Source of the DNA: Abditibacteriaceae bacterium
Lineage (GTDB): Bacteria > Armatimonadota > Abditibacteriia > Abditibacteriales > Abditibacteriaceae
Direction of reading: 5' to 3'
Length of the DNA: 32,527 nucleotides
Assembly: GCA_031425655.1 (NCBI GenBank)
Contig: JANPJS010000227.1
Location: forward strand, 1 to 32,527
This document shows positions 9,772 to 18,716 of this stretch, in pieces. The notes under the pieces were generated by a model. That model searched no databases. It had not been told where the DNA came from and saw only the letters and a program-made list of their open reading frames with translations. Position 1 is the first letter of the stretch. The number at the start of each line of letters is the position of its first letter. The position numbers and the translations under genes are program-made.

Positions 9772-9799
9772 GTAGTCGGCAGTTAGCAGTCGGCAGTAA
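9765..9799 (+). repeat. Heptamer tandem repeat
   Basis: gcagtaa gtagtcg gcagtta gcagtcg gcagtaa. Confidence 0.65.
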
Positions 9800-9831
9800 G
9801 CCCGCTCCGCATTTTGTGGAGCGGGCTTTTT
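9798..9831 (+). terminator. Intrinsic terminator
   Basis: aagcccgctcc/ggagcgggctt stem followed by T run. Confidence 0.85.
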
Positions 9832-9849
9832 GCTGTTGACCGTGCATCC

Positions 9850-9895
9850 GGCGGAACCCCCAAACCCCCTTAGTAAGGGGGCTGGGGGTTCCGCC
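9850..9895. repeat. REP-like palindromic element
   Basis: ggcggaaccccca-aa-ccccctt agt aaggggg-c-tgggggttccgcc; related to 4-29. Confidence 0.75.
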
Positions 9896-9951
9896 TTTTG
9901 CCGTCCGCCTCCTTGCATCTCTCCGCCGAATTCGTGCATCCTGAAAGCAGA

Positions 9952-11331
9952 ATGACTTCTCGTTTTCATCCCTTCGTGCGCCTTGTGCTGTGCGTCGTCG
10001 CGGTGCTGATCGCGCAGACTTTCGTCGGCGTGGCGCTGAGTGTTAATAATCAAGTGGCAGTGACCGATGGGCCGGTTGGCGGGCGCTCGGCGCTGCTGCT
10101 TTTCATCGTCGTTACGCCGGTCACGCTGCTCGTCGTCGCGCTGTGCCGGCGCTGGATGGACGGGCAATCGCTGGCTTCGCTCGGCCTGCGCGCACGCGGC
10201 GCTGTGCCCGATTTCGCGCGCGGAATAGTGTGCGGCGCTTTAGCTATCGCGTTTATTTTCGGCGTCTTATGGCTGTGCGGCGGCCTCGAAGTGCGCGGAC
10301 TTTCGGAACGCGCCCGCGAAGTCGGCAGCGGCGGAATTGCGGCGCGCCTCGCAGTGTGGGCTTTAGCGATGCTTTGCGTCGGCTTGGTCGAAGAAGTGCT
10401 GTTTCGCGGTTATGCGCTGCACAATCTCGGCGTGTGGCTGGGCGTGGACAAAATTGGATTGGGCGCGGCGGCGATTATTCAAGGCTTGCTTTTCTCGCTC
10501 GTGCATCTGAGCAACTTCGGTTTTCACCCGACGCCCGAACAAGCCTCGTCGGCGTGGCAGGCGATGCCCAATATCACGCTGATCGGCGTTTTCTTCGCCT
10601 TCGCGTATTACAAAACCGGCGCGCTGTGGTTTCCCATCGGTTTTCATGCGGCGTGGAACTTCTTTTTGGGCAGCGTGTTTTCGCTCCCGGTCAGCGGGCT
10701 GCAATTTTTCAAGCTGCTGGATGTGCGTGTGGTTGCTTCGCGCTGGCTGAGCGGCGGGCCATTCGGCATCGAAGGCAGCCTGTTATTGACTGTTTTAGCC
10801 GCCACGATGATTTATTTGGTGCGTCGCGCGGACGATCATCCGCAAGCCTTAGCCGACATCGCCGCTCTTGTTCCCGCCGACGAAATGGACGATGTAGAAG
10901 TCGCCAGCCGCGCGCCGCGTTTGCGCGAACGCAAGGAAATACGCGCCGCGCAGATTCCGCAAAAAACCACCTTCGAGGGCTGGAACGACTTGAAACCCGA
11001 AGGCCGCGAGCCGTATTCGGTCTACAAACCCCCGCTTCCCGCTGCGCTGCTCGAATCTTTGTCGGAACCCGTCGCACCTTCAGAGGAGAAATCCGGCGAA
11101 ACTTACAGCGAATTTCGTCCTGTTGTGGACGCGTCGCCTGCACCTGGCGCGCCGCCTAAGATCGAAGCCGCGCCGGATGCGCTGTCTGTTGTCTCTGAAA
11201 CCAAAACGCCTGTCGCCGTGCCGCCGGTTTCGGCTCCACCGGTTAGTTCCACGCCAGTCACGCCGTCGCCACTTACCGATGCGCCGCCGCAAGCACCGCC
11301 GGTCAAAAAGCCGCCGTCGCCGCGTTGGTAG
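9952..11331 (+). CDS. CPBP (Abi/CAAX) family intramembrane metalloprotease with Pro-rich C-terminal tail
   Basis: EEVLFRG, FSLVH, HAAWNF and GGPFGIEGS motifs; ATG at 9952. Confidence 0.88.
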   Translation: MTSRFHPFVRLVLCVVAVLIAQTFVGVALSVNNQVAVTDGPVGGRSALLLFIVVTPVTLLVVALCRRWMDGQSLASLGLRARGAVPDFARGIVCGALAIAFIFGVLWLCGGLEVRGLSERAREVGSGGIAARLAVWALAMLCVGLVEEVLFRGYALHNLGVWLGVDKIGLGAAAIIQGLLFSLVHLSNFGFHPTPEQASSAWQAMPNITLIGVFFAFAYYKTGALWFPIGFHAAWNFFLGSVFSLPVSGLQFFKLLDVRVVASRWLSGGPFGIEGSLLLTVLAATMIYLVRRADDHPQALADIAALVPADEMDDVEVASRAPRLRERKEIRAAQIPQKTTFEGWNDLKPEGREPYSVYKPPLPAALLESLSEPVAPSEEKSGETYSEFRPVVDASPAPGAPPKIEAAPDALSVVSETKTPVAVPPVSAPPVSSTPVTPSPLTDAPPQAPPVKKPPSPRW

Positions 11332-11336
11332 AGGCT

Positions 11337-13850
11337 TTAATCGTCATTATTTGCAGGCGCCTCAATCGTCATTTGAGGCACCTCCAAGTGCTGTTCAAAC
11401 TGCGCGTCGGCGGCGCGGCGATAAGGCAGCGAGGCGAGCAGGAAGATCAGAAAAAGCCATCCCGTGACGGGAAGCCAGGCGAGCGTTGTGCGGCGCAGAC
11501 GCAGCAGCGCGAAGTGCAAGACGCTCCAACGCCACGTCGGCGGCAATTCGCGTTGCCAGCGCAGAATCCACAAAGTCAGCGCTGCTCCCGTCATCCACGC
11601 CGCACCGTTGTAATCGCTCATCCAAGAAAAGAGCTGAAAAAGCCAACTCTGCCACACCCAGAAGCCCAGTAACGCGAAAAGTCCGTCGCTCGCGCTCCAT
11701 GAATGTGGCAAATGGTCGAACATACTCAAAACATCTGTCCCTGAGCGCACCGACAGAACCCACGAAAGCGCGGCGTAAAACACGGCGCTCCACGCCACGA
11801 ACGTCCGCAGCAAAGGCCGCAGCGACAGCACCGCGCTTGCATCGCAGGGCGGCATGGCTTCGCGGCGAACGCGCACCAATCGGCGCAGCGGCGCAAAGAA
11901 GCTCCACAGCGCGGCAACGCTCAGCGGCGCCGTGAGGCAGTGAAACGCGCAAGCCGGCCCCACGAAGCTGATAAAAGGATGATCGCGCAAAGGCCATAAC
12001 TCGCTTGATAAACCGGAGTCGTTCGCCCATAGCAAAGCAATCGCGCCGCATAGTGTGGACAGTGCGGCGCCTATCCAAAGCGCGGCGCGCACGTCGCGCG
12101 TTATCTCGTGCGGCTCGTCGGCGGGTGGCGCGGCATCGGCTGTTTGGCCGCGCCACGCCACGATGAAGCGCCGCCATAATTGCGCCGCCGGTCGTCCCAA
12201 CTTCCACAGCGGTGGCCATAGCAAAAAGCAGACGGCCAGCCACGCCGGCAAAAGCAGGCGCGCTTGCGCTAACACCATCCATGCCGTGTCTTTCAATAAA
12301 CGCAGCGGCGCCAGCACATCCGGCGTAACGACGTGATACCATGAGATTTCTGAGCGCAGCACGGTTAACTGCCGCCGGTTGGCCTCGTGCGCCTGACGCA
12401 GGGCTGTGGCCGCTAAATCGGCGCGTCCGGCACGGCGAGCAACGCTGGCGAATTGCCGGGCGAAATCAAGCGGCGTTGCGCGCGGCTTAGGGCCGTAATT
12501 TGAACGCCGAAGCGGAACTGAAGACATAACGTGGCTTGGCGAATTCGCTTTCGTCCGATTTTTTCGCTGCACAGGCCCGCCGATGGCCGCCCACGCCGCG
12601 CTTTGCAAGCGCAAGCCATTACACAGTTGCGAGCGCGTGCGTGCCTCGCGTTGCATGAGCGCGCCCAATCGCGCCATGTCGTCGGCGATAATCAGAGCTT
12701 GTGCGATTTGGCCGGAGCGTTTGGTGCTGAGCAGCGACCACATCAAGAGCATCGCGTGCCGATAACCGATGCTGTCGCCGCTGGGCTGTCGCTCCCACAC
12801 GCTGACTTTTTCTTCGGCCAGCAAGGGCCGGTGCAACGCAGCGGTGCGCAAGGCCGCCATACGCTCGAAATCGCCGTGCGCGTCAAAGTGTGATTTCAGC
12901 GATGCGCGATGCAAAGCCCGCAAAGCCTCGTCGTCGCGCCGGGCTGCGTAATAAAACGAAATCATCATCCAATCCCACCAGGCGTTGTCCGGCTCCATCG
13001 CGCCACCGCGCCGCGCCCACTCGATAGCTGCCAGTGTGTGGCGGCGGTTTTCTTCGCTCAATTCGTGCGGGCCGTGCAGCAGCAATTTGGCATTAAACGG
13101 CGGGCCGGACGGCATGGCTGCTGCGGACGTCCCGCTTGGCGAAGACGGCGCGCCAATCGGTGTTGTGGCCGCATTTGGGATGCTCATAAATGGTGCTGTT
13201 AAGCCTCCGGCGGGCGCTGAGCCTCCGCTGGGCGATGGAATTTGAACCGGCTGCGATTCAATCACCGGCACGTTATCGAGTGGAGGTAAGGCTGTCGGCA
13301 AAGCCATTGGCTCGAAATCATCTTCCCAAATCGCGGCATCATCGGCAGACACGTCCAAACACGCCAACGGCAAGTCGTGCGAGTAATTGCTCAAATAACC
13401 GCCGCTGTTCCACCACGCGGACATAAAGGGAAAGGCATTTTCACTGGCAAAGGGCGGCACGGCGCGTTCGTAAGTGGTGTCGGCGACCAACCGCAGCGCA
13501 GAAGCGAGCAGAGCCGCATCGCGCGGCGCGATTTGCAACGCTTTGGTATAACGCTGGCGCGCCTCTGCGAAGGTGATGCGTGTGAAGTCGAGGCTCTGCG
13601 GCGCTTTGAGCAGCACGGCGATTTGCGTTTGCGGGTCGCTGCCGGTTTTGCGCCACAATTCCGTCAGCGTAGGTGGTGAAGGCTCTAACCAGTTCCACGG
13701 CAGCAGGCTATCGGAGCGACGAGCATAATACTGGTCGCCGTCGCCGACGTATTCGCTACCGCCAACGGCCACACGCGCCGGCAAACGCAACTGCGGCACG
13801 AGTAGAATAATCAGCCACGGCAGGATGAAAAAGAGGACACGCGGTTTCAT
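11337..13850 (-). CDS. Large membrane protein with TPR-like segment (paralog B)
   Basis: ATG at 13850, 1 nt after the paralog A stop; N-terminal TM, EPDNAWW...RRDDEA, multi-TM C-terminus. Confidence 0.75.
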   Translation of the reverse strand: MKPRVLFFILPWLIILLVPQLRLPARVAVGGSEYVGDGDQYYARRSDSLLPWNWLEPSPPTLTELWRKTGSDPQTQIAVLLKAPQSLDFTRITFAEARQRYTKALQIAPRDAALLASALRLVADTTYERAVPPFASENAFPFMSAWWNSGGYLSNYSHDLPLACLDVSADDAAIWEDDFEPMALPTALPPLDNVPVIESQPVQIPSPSGGSAPAGGLTAPFMSIPNAATTPIGAPSSPSGTSAAAMPSGPPFNAKLLLHGPHELSEENRRHTLAAIEWARRGGAMEPDNAWWDWMMISFYYAARRDDEALRALHRASLKSHFDAHGDFERMAALRTAALHRPLLAEEKVSVWERQPSGDSIGYRHAMLLMWSLLSTKRSGQIAQALIIADDMARLGALMQREARTRSQLCNGLRLQSAAWAAIGGPVQRKNRTKANSPSHVMSSVPLRRSNYGPKPRATPLDFARQFASVARRAGRADLAATALRQAHEANRRQLTVLRSEISWYHVVTPDVLAPLRLLKDTAWMVLAQARLLLPAWLAVCFLLWPPLWKLGRPAAQLWRRFIVAWRGQTADAAPPADEPHEITRDVRAALWIGAALSTLCGAIALLWANDSGLSSELWPLRDHPFISFVGPACAFHCLTAPLSVAALWSFFAPLRRLVRVRREAMPPCDASAVLSLRPLLRTFVAWSAVFYAALSWVLSVRSGTDVLSMFDHLPHSWSASDGLFALLGFWVWQSWLFQLFSWMSDYNGAAWMTGAALTLWILRWQRELPPTWRWSVLHFALLRLRRTTLAWLPVTGWLFLIFLLASLPYRRAADAQFEQHLEVPQMTIEAPANNDD

Positions 13851-13851
13851 G

Positions 13852-16044
13852 TCAGGAACGGGAAGTCTCGTGCGGCGAAAGTTCGGCAGCGGGCAGGGCT
13901 TTTTCGATTTGCTCATTGGCCGCGCGATGATAGGGCAGCGCGATTAACAGCAAAACCAGATACAGCCAACTTCCCAAAATCAGCCACGCGCCCAACGTGG
14001 CGCGCAGCCAGCGCAGGCCGAAAAACAGAGCGGGAACGCGGCGGCGCAGATGCAATTGCCAGCACCATTTCACCAGCCACACGCCAAGCGCCACGAAAGT
14101 GCAAAAGATTGGCAGTCCCACGTCGCCCATTGAGAAATCTAAATTTGGCGTATCCAGCCACTTGGCCCATAACGGCGGTAAGGAAAAATTGAGCGCCGTC
14201 GCGCCGAATTTGCGTGTGATAAACCACAGCAGCCACGACAACGCCGCACCCGCCGTTACGCTCCAGCACATCAGCAGCACAGCGCGCGGAATAATCGAAG
14301 GCGGAACGTGCAGCGCGTAGGTTTCGGCGTCCTCGCGCGGCACGAGCGGCGCTTTTAAACGCGCGTAGCGCCACAAAGCCGCACTGCCGCACCACAAAAA
14401 GCCGCCAAGCAGCGGCCCGGCCACGAAGCTAAAATAAGCCGGCAACTGCCAATCGTGATTAACGTGCGCCTCGCTAAAGGTGCGATTCCAGCGGCTAAGA
14501 GCATCGCTCCACCACGTCATGCCGGCGGCGCCGAGCAAGATGAGCACGCCGCTAAACCACACGCTGCCTCGTAAATCGCGTGGCGTGTGCGCGATTTCGA
14601 CGGGCGTTTCGTCGTCCAACGGTTTATCGCGCACGCGCCAGATTAAACCAAGAATTTGCCAGCCTTGCGCCGTCACTCGCCACGCCCAATTCATGCGCCG
14701 CCACAGCAAAAAGCTGAGCATCAGCCACGCCACGCCAACAAGTTGCAGTTGAATCAGCGCCATTTGCGCGTTGAAATCGCAGATGGCCGCCAACGCCAGA
14801 GGCGCCGGAGCGATGCCGAAACGTTCTCTGCCGTAATAGTCAGGCAGTCGCGCGGCGTTGCGTCCTTGCGTCAGAGCTTCGCCCGCAAGATCAGCACGGC
14901 CTTTGCGCCGCGCCACGTTGGCGAAAGGGCGCGCAAAATCCAGCGGCGTGATGTTGTCGCCGGTATAACTGTTGTCAAACGTGGTCAATTGCTGCGGCCA
15001 CATCGAAACTTTCCTGCCGCCAGAGTTCACTTGCGCCGGACGATCCGCACCGGCCCACGCCGCGCTTTGCAAAAGTAGCGCGCGGCGTGCTTCGTCGCTT
15101 CCTAATGCCCCACTTTGCATCCGTGCGGCTACGCGCGCCAGCGCCGCCGTGATGCTTAAATCGCCCGCTTTTTCGGCGCGTTCAGCCAGCCACAGCAACG
15201 CTTGTTCGCAGCGTGGAAATCCGATTCCCGTATTCTGCCGCGCGGCGACCGCCAATTTTTCGTCCCACAAAAGCGCGCGATGCAGACGCGCCACGCCGAG
15301 CGCGGCGCGCATTTCATCGCGCAGATGCGAATCGTAGCGCGAGCATTTTGCGGTGGCTAAAAGCTCGCGTGTCGCCTCGTCGTCGCGTTGCGCCAGCGTC
15401 AGCAAATACGCGATCTGCAAGCGCCAAAAAGCGTTGTCCGGCTCCGCCGCGAGGCCGCGCCGCGCCAATCGCAACGGCAGCGCGAATTTTTTCTGCGACA
15501 ACTTCAGAGGTTTTGGCGACGGAGGCGGCGTTGGCGCCACGCTCAGCGGTGTTACAGCATAAGTGTCTTCTTCGTAAAGGTTCCAGCCTCCGCGACCGGC
15601 CAGAGGCAGGCCATTGCCGTAATATTCGCGGGGAAAATTGCCCCAATTGAAGCGCTCTTCGGCGGGAAATGAACGCTGCGAAGGAATTTCGGCCAGCGCC
15701 AAATGCAGGCGCAGCGCCAGCATCCACAGCGGCGCATTTTGTTTTTGTAACGCTGCGTCGAGATCGCGCCGCGCGTTGGCCGTTGGCACCGCGCGCTGCC
15801 CGCTCTCCTGTGGCGCTTTGAGAAAAACTTCGGACGGCGTCTGCCCTGGCGCGAACTGCTTCGATAGTTCTTGCGCGGTCGGCGGCAGAGGATAAATCCA
15901 GATGGCGAGCAGCGTCATCGCGTCGCCGGTGCTATATTCGCTGCCGAGGGCCTGCACGCGTGCCATCGAGCGCAGTTGCGGCACCAGAAAAATGATGAGC
16001 CACGGCAGCAAAAACCAGAAAAATGGGCGAAAAGCGGGTCGCAT
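13852..16044 (-). CDS. Large membrane protein with TPR-like segment (paralog A)
   Basis: ATG at 16044 (MRPAFRPFFW) aligns with the paralog B N-terminus; EPDNAFW...QRDDEA. Confidence 0.75.
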   Translation of the reverse strand: MRPAFRPFFWFLLPWLIIFLVPQLRSMARVQALGSEYSTGDAMTLLAIWIYPLPPTAQELSKQFAPGQTPSEVFLKAPQESGQRAVPTANARRDLDAALQKQNAPLWMLALRLHLALAEIPSQRSFPAEERFNWGNFPREYYGNGLPLAGRGGWNLYEEDTYAVTPLSVAPTPPPSPKPLKLSQKKFALPLRLARRGLAAEPDNAFWRLQIAYLLTLAQRDDEATRELLATAKCSRYDSHLRDEMRAALGVARLHRALLWDEKLAVAARQNTGIGFPRCEQALLWLAERAEKAGDLSITAALARVAARMQSGALGSDEARRALLLQSAAWAGADRPAQVNSGGRKVSMWPQQLTTFDNSYTGDNITPLDFARPFANVARRKGRADLAGEALTQGRNAARLPDYYGRERFGIAPAPLALAAICDFNAQMALIQLQLVGVAWLMLSFLLWRRMNWAWRVTAQGWQILGLIWRVRDKPLDDETPVEIAHTPRDLRGSVWFSGVLILLGAAGMTWWSDALSRWNRTFSEAHVNHDWQLPAYFSFVAGPLLGGFLWCGSAALWRYARLKAPLVPREDAETYALHVPPSIIPRAVLLMCWSVTAGAALSWLLWFITRKFGATALNFSLPPLWAKWLDTPNLDFSMGDVGLPIFCTFVALGVWLVKWCWQLHLRRRVPALFFGLRWLRATLGAWLILGSWLYLVLLLIALPYHRAANEQIEKALPAAELSPHETSRS

Positions 16045-16088
16045 TGCAGCGAAGTGTGGCCCCGCGCTGTAATGTGCGCAAATTGCTT

Positions 16089-16380
16089 TCTCGCAAAAAG
16101 CTTTTAACCGGCGCACCGGCGAATTTAGCGCTCGTTTCCTTCGCTGGCGCGGTCGCACTCTCGCGTGGTGCGAGTGGGAAATCGAATTTCTCACTCGCAC
16201 CGGCGCATAACACGGTCGCGCAAGTGGATTTCTCACTCGCACCACTCAATTTCTCATCGCGCCGGCCTTGAGTGCGGTCGTATTCTTTGGTTTCCCTGTC
16301 GTTCCATGAGATTTACCGCTCGTGCAATTGGATTTCTCTGTCGTGAACTTTGGCAGTCCGGTCGTATTATTCGTTGGTGT
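16089..16380. repeat. Degenerate 21-bp-period tandem array, about 14 units
   Basis: Units start at 16130, 16151, 16172, 16193, 16214, 16235, 16256 (20 nt), 16276, 16297, 16318, 16339 and 16360, with two weaker units upstream; TCG recurs near the unit start and ATTTCTC at the unit end. Confidence 0.75.
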
Positions 16381-16397
16381 GGCCCCGTTTTCTCATC

Positions 16398-16425
16398 TTG
16401 ACAGTGCGCGGCTTTGCCTTATAAT
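16398..16425 (+). promoter_or_regulatory. Consensus sigma70 promoter
   Basis: TTGACA (16398-16403), 16-nt spacer, TATAAT (16420-16425). Confidence 0.8.
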
Positions 16426-16685
16426 CATCGCTTGAGTCCCGAATATGGGATTCTCATCCATGAAAATTTCGTTTCGCGGGAAATCCTTTTCCCTGTCCAG
16501 TCCGGCGCGCAATGGCCGCCGAGTGATGTGGATGTGCCTTCGCAAATCGCTTTTGCTGGTGACCACCGGCCAGCCTCCGCCTCGTTAAGCGCCGGTTTTC
16601 GATTTACCGCGACGAAAGCCGCGCGGCTTATGCCATAATTTGCTTATCGCGCGTAGTTTTACGTTGATTCGTTTCGTAACTTTGC

Positions 16686-16715
16686 GGCTCCGCGATGCGC
16701 TGTGCGGAGCCTTTT
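16686..16715 (+). terminator. Terminator-like hairpin directly before the RBS of the OmpA-fusion gene
   Basis: ggctccgc/gcggagcc stem, then tttt, then aaggag. Confidence 0.45.
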
Positions 16716-16730
16716 AAGGAGAGATTTGCA

Positions 16731-18551
16731 ATGCGACTGACACCAGTCGGAAAAATCGTGATGTTGCTGGTTGTTGTTGGCCTTTCGGTTGGCGTGTGGC
16801 GTTCCGGCGTGTGGAGCAAACTGGCGCCCGAAGCCGCCCCAAAAGATACGGTCGTGCCCACAGTCGGCGACTTGCCCAAAGACAGCGGCGTGCCCAGTGT
16901 CGGCACGGTTCCCATCGCGCCGGTTTCGGTTTCGGGCGGCGACGGCGGCTGCACCGACAAGCCCGAAGTGCGTCTTTTGGGCTACGCCTGGAACGCGCAA
17001 ATGGGAATGCACCTGGCCAACGGCGGGCCGAGCGCGGCGCGCGGCAGCATCATGTGCCGTCACGGCGTCAACCTGAAATTCAAGCGTCAGGATGACAACT
17101 CGAAGTTACAGGAAGCCCTGATTTCCTTCGCCACCGAACTGAGTCGGGGCACCGCAAATCCGAAAAGTGGCGCGCATTTTATGACCATGATGGGCGATGG
17201 CAGCGCGGCGTTTTTAGCCGGATTGAACAAGGCTCTGTCACGCATCGGGCCGGAATATCAGGCCAAAATCGTTGGCGCCATCGGCTATTCGCGCGGCGAA
17301 GACAAGTTCATGGGGCCGGCGCAGTGGAAATTTGATCCGGCGGCCAGCAAAGGCGGCGTGGTGGCCGGCGTGCTGCGCGACGGCGACTGGAACATCGCCA
17401 TGAAATGGCTTTCCGACAACGGCCTGAAAACCAACCCCGACGAGAAAACCTACGACCCCGAAGCGCTCAACTGGATTGCCGCCAACGATTATCTCGACGC
17501 TTGCGATAAATACATCAACGGCTATACCGAAGTCCGCGAAGTGGTTCGCAACGGACGGAAAACCGGCGAAAAGAAAACTATTAAAGTGGACGGCGTGGTG
17601 ACGTGGACGCCCGGCGACGTGAATATCGCGCAGAAAAAAGGTGGCCTCGTTTCGGTCATTTCGACCAAAGAATACTCGTCGCAGATGCCGTGCGTGGTCA
17701 TCGGCATTGATAAGTGGATGCGCCAGAATCGCGGCACGGTTAGCAATATGCTGGCAGCCATCGCCGAGGGCGGCGATTTGGTGAAAAGCAACCCGGCGGC
17801 GCTGAAAAAAGCCGCACAAGTCAGCGCGGTGGTTTACAACGAGCAGGACGCCGCTTATTGGGCCAAATACTACAAACCCGTCGTCGAAGTGGACAAGCAA
17901 AACCTGTCGGTTGAGTTAGGCGGCTCGTCGGTCAACAACCTGGCGGATAGCCTGCTTTCCTTCGGACTGCTGCCCGGTTCGCAAAACTTAGTCGCGGCCA
18001 CCTACACGGTTTTCGGCGACGTGGTCAAGTCGCAATATCCCGAAATGGTGCCGTCTTACCCGTCGGCGAGCAGCGTGATTGACGTGAGCTATATGCAGGA
18101 TTTGCAAAAGCGCGCCACGCTGTCGCCCGCCGTCATCGCGCAGGTGAAGCCGCGCTTTCAGCCGGCGCCGAGCGGCAGCAAGCCTCGTCGCATGATTTCC
18201 AAGCGCAATTGGAGCATCAATTTCAATCCGAACTCGGCCAACTTCACGCCGCAAGCCAGAGCCGTCGTGGAGCAGCTTTCGCGCGAATTGCTGGTCGCCG
18301 GCAACACCATCGTCGAAGTTCACGGGCATACCGATAATCAGGGCAATAATCCCGGCAAAAGCATGACGCTCTCCAAAGCGCGGGCCTTATCGGTGAAAAA
18401 CTGGCTGGAAAACCGCGCGCCGGTTAACTTCCCGCAAGGCCGCATTCAAGCGATGTGGCACGGCGAATCGCAGCCTTTGGTGCGCGCCGCCAATCCGCAG
18501 GCGTGGGCCAAAAATCGCCGCGTGGAAATCGTGCTGCGTTCGGCGGGATAA
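16731..18551 (+). CDS. ABC-type substrate-binding domain fused to C-terminal OmpA-like peptidoglycan-binding domain
   Basis: AAGGAG RBS; N-terminal TM; GYSRGEDK and VLRDGDWNI in the binding domain; HGHTD...LSKARA...NRRVEI OmpA motifs. Confidence 0.85.
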   Translation: MRLTPVGKIVMLLVVVGLSVGVWRSGVWSKLAPEAAPKDTVVPTVGDLPKDSGVPSVGTVPIAPVSVSGGDGGCTDKPEVRLLGYAWNAQMGMHLANGGPSAARGSIMCRHGVNLKFKRQDDNSKLQEALISFATELSRGTANPKSGAHFMTMMGDGSAAFLAGLNKALSRIGPEYQAKIVGAIGYSRGEDKFMGPAQWKFDPAASKGGVVAGVLRDGDWNIAMKWLSDNGLKTNPDEKTYDPEALNWIAANDYLDACDKYINGYTEVREVVRNGRKTGEKKTIKVDGVVTWTPGDVNIAQKKGGLVSVISTKEYSSQMPCVVIGIDKWMRQNRGTVSNMLAAIAEGGDLVKSNPAALKKAAQVSAVVYNEQDAAYWAKYYKPVVEVDKQNLSVELGGSSVNNLADSLLSFGLLPGSQNLVAATYTVFGDVVKSQYPEMVPSYPSASSVIDVSYMQDLQKRATLSPAVIAQVKPRFQPAPSGSKPRRMISKRNWSINFNPNSANFTPQARAVVEQLSRELLVAGNTIVEVHGHTDNQGNNPGKSMTLSKARALSVKNWLENRAPVNFPQGRIQAMWHGESQPLVRAANPQAWAKNRRVEIVLRSAG

Positions 18552-18574
18552 TTGCTGTTTGGTGCCCGAACGTC

Positions 18575-18683
18575 CAATGGAACACTGATTTTGCGGAAAC
18601 GGCCACGGATTTTCACGGATTTTTTGAATTGATCTGTGAAAATCCGTGGCCGTTTCCGCGTAGCGAAGCTCCGTGTTCCATTG
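18575..18683. repeat. Miniature inverted-repeat element (CACGGATT family), copy 1
   Basis: Ends caatggaacac/gtgttccattg; inner arms gcggaaacggccacggattttcac/gtgaaaatccgtggccgtttccgc. Confidence 0.85.
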
Positions 18684-18716
18684 AAAACTAAGCATTGAAA
18701 AGCAAAGAGGAAATTC

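Noticed and set aside
9202..10167. 321-aa minus-strand ORF and similar long shadow ORFs (e.g. 10143-11159, 11395-12342)
   Set aside because: They overlap well-supported genes, lack recognisable motifs and are expected in GC-rich DNA
16045..16245. N-terminal extension of the 797-aa ORF
   Set aside because: It runs through the repeat array; homology with the paralogue begins at ATG 16044
16089..16380. CRISPR array
   Set aside because: The period is only 21 nt, the repeats are degenerate and there are no cas genes in the window
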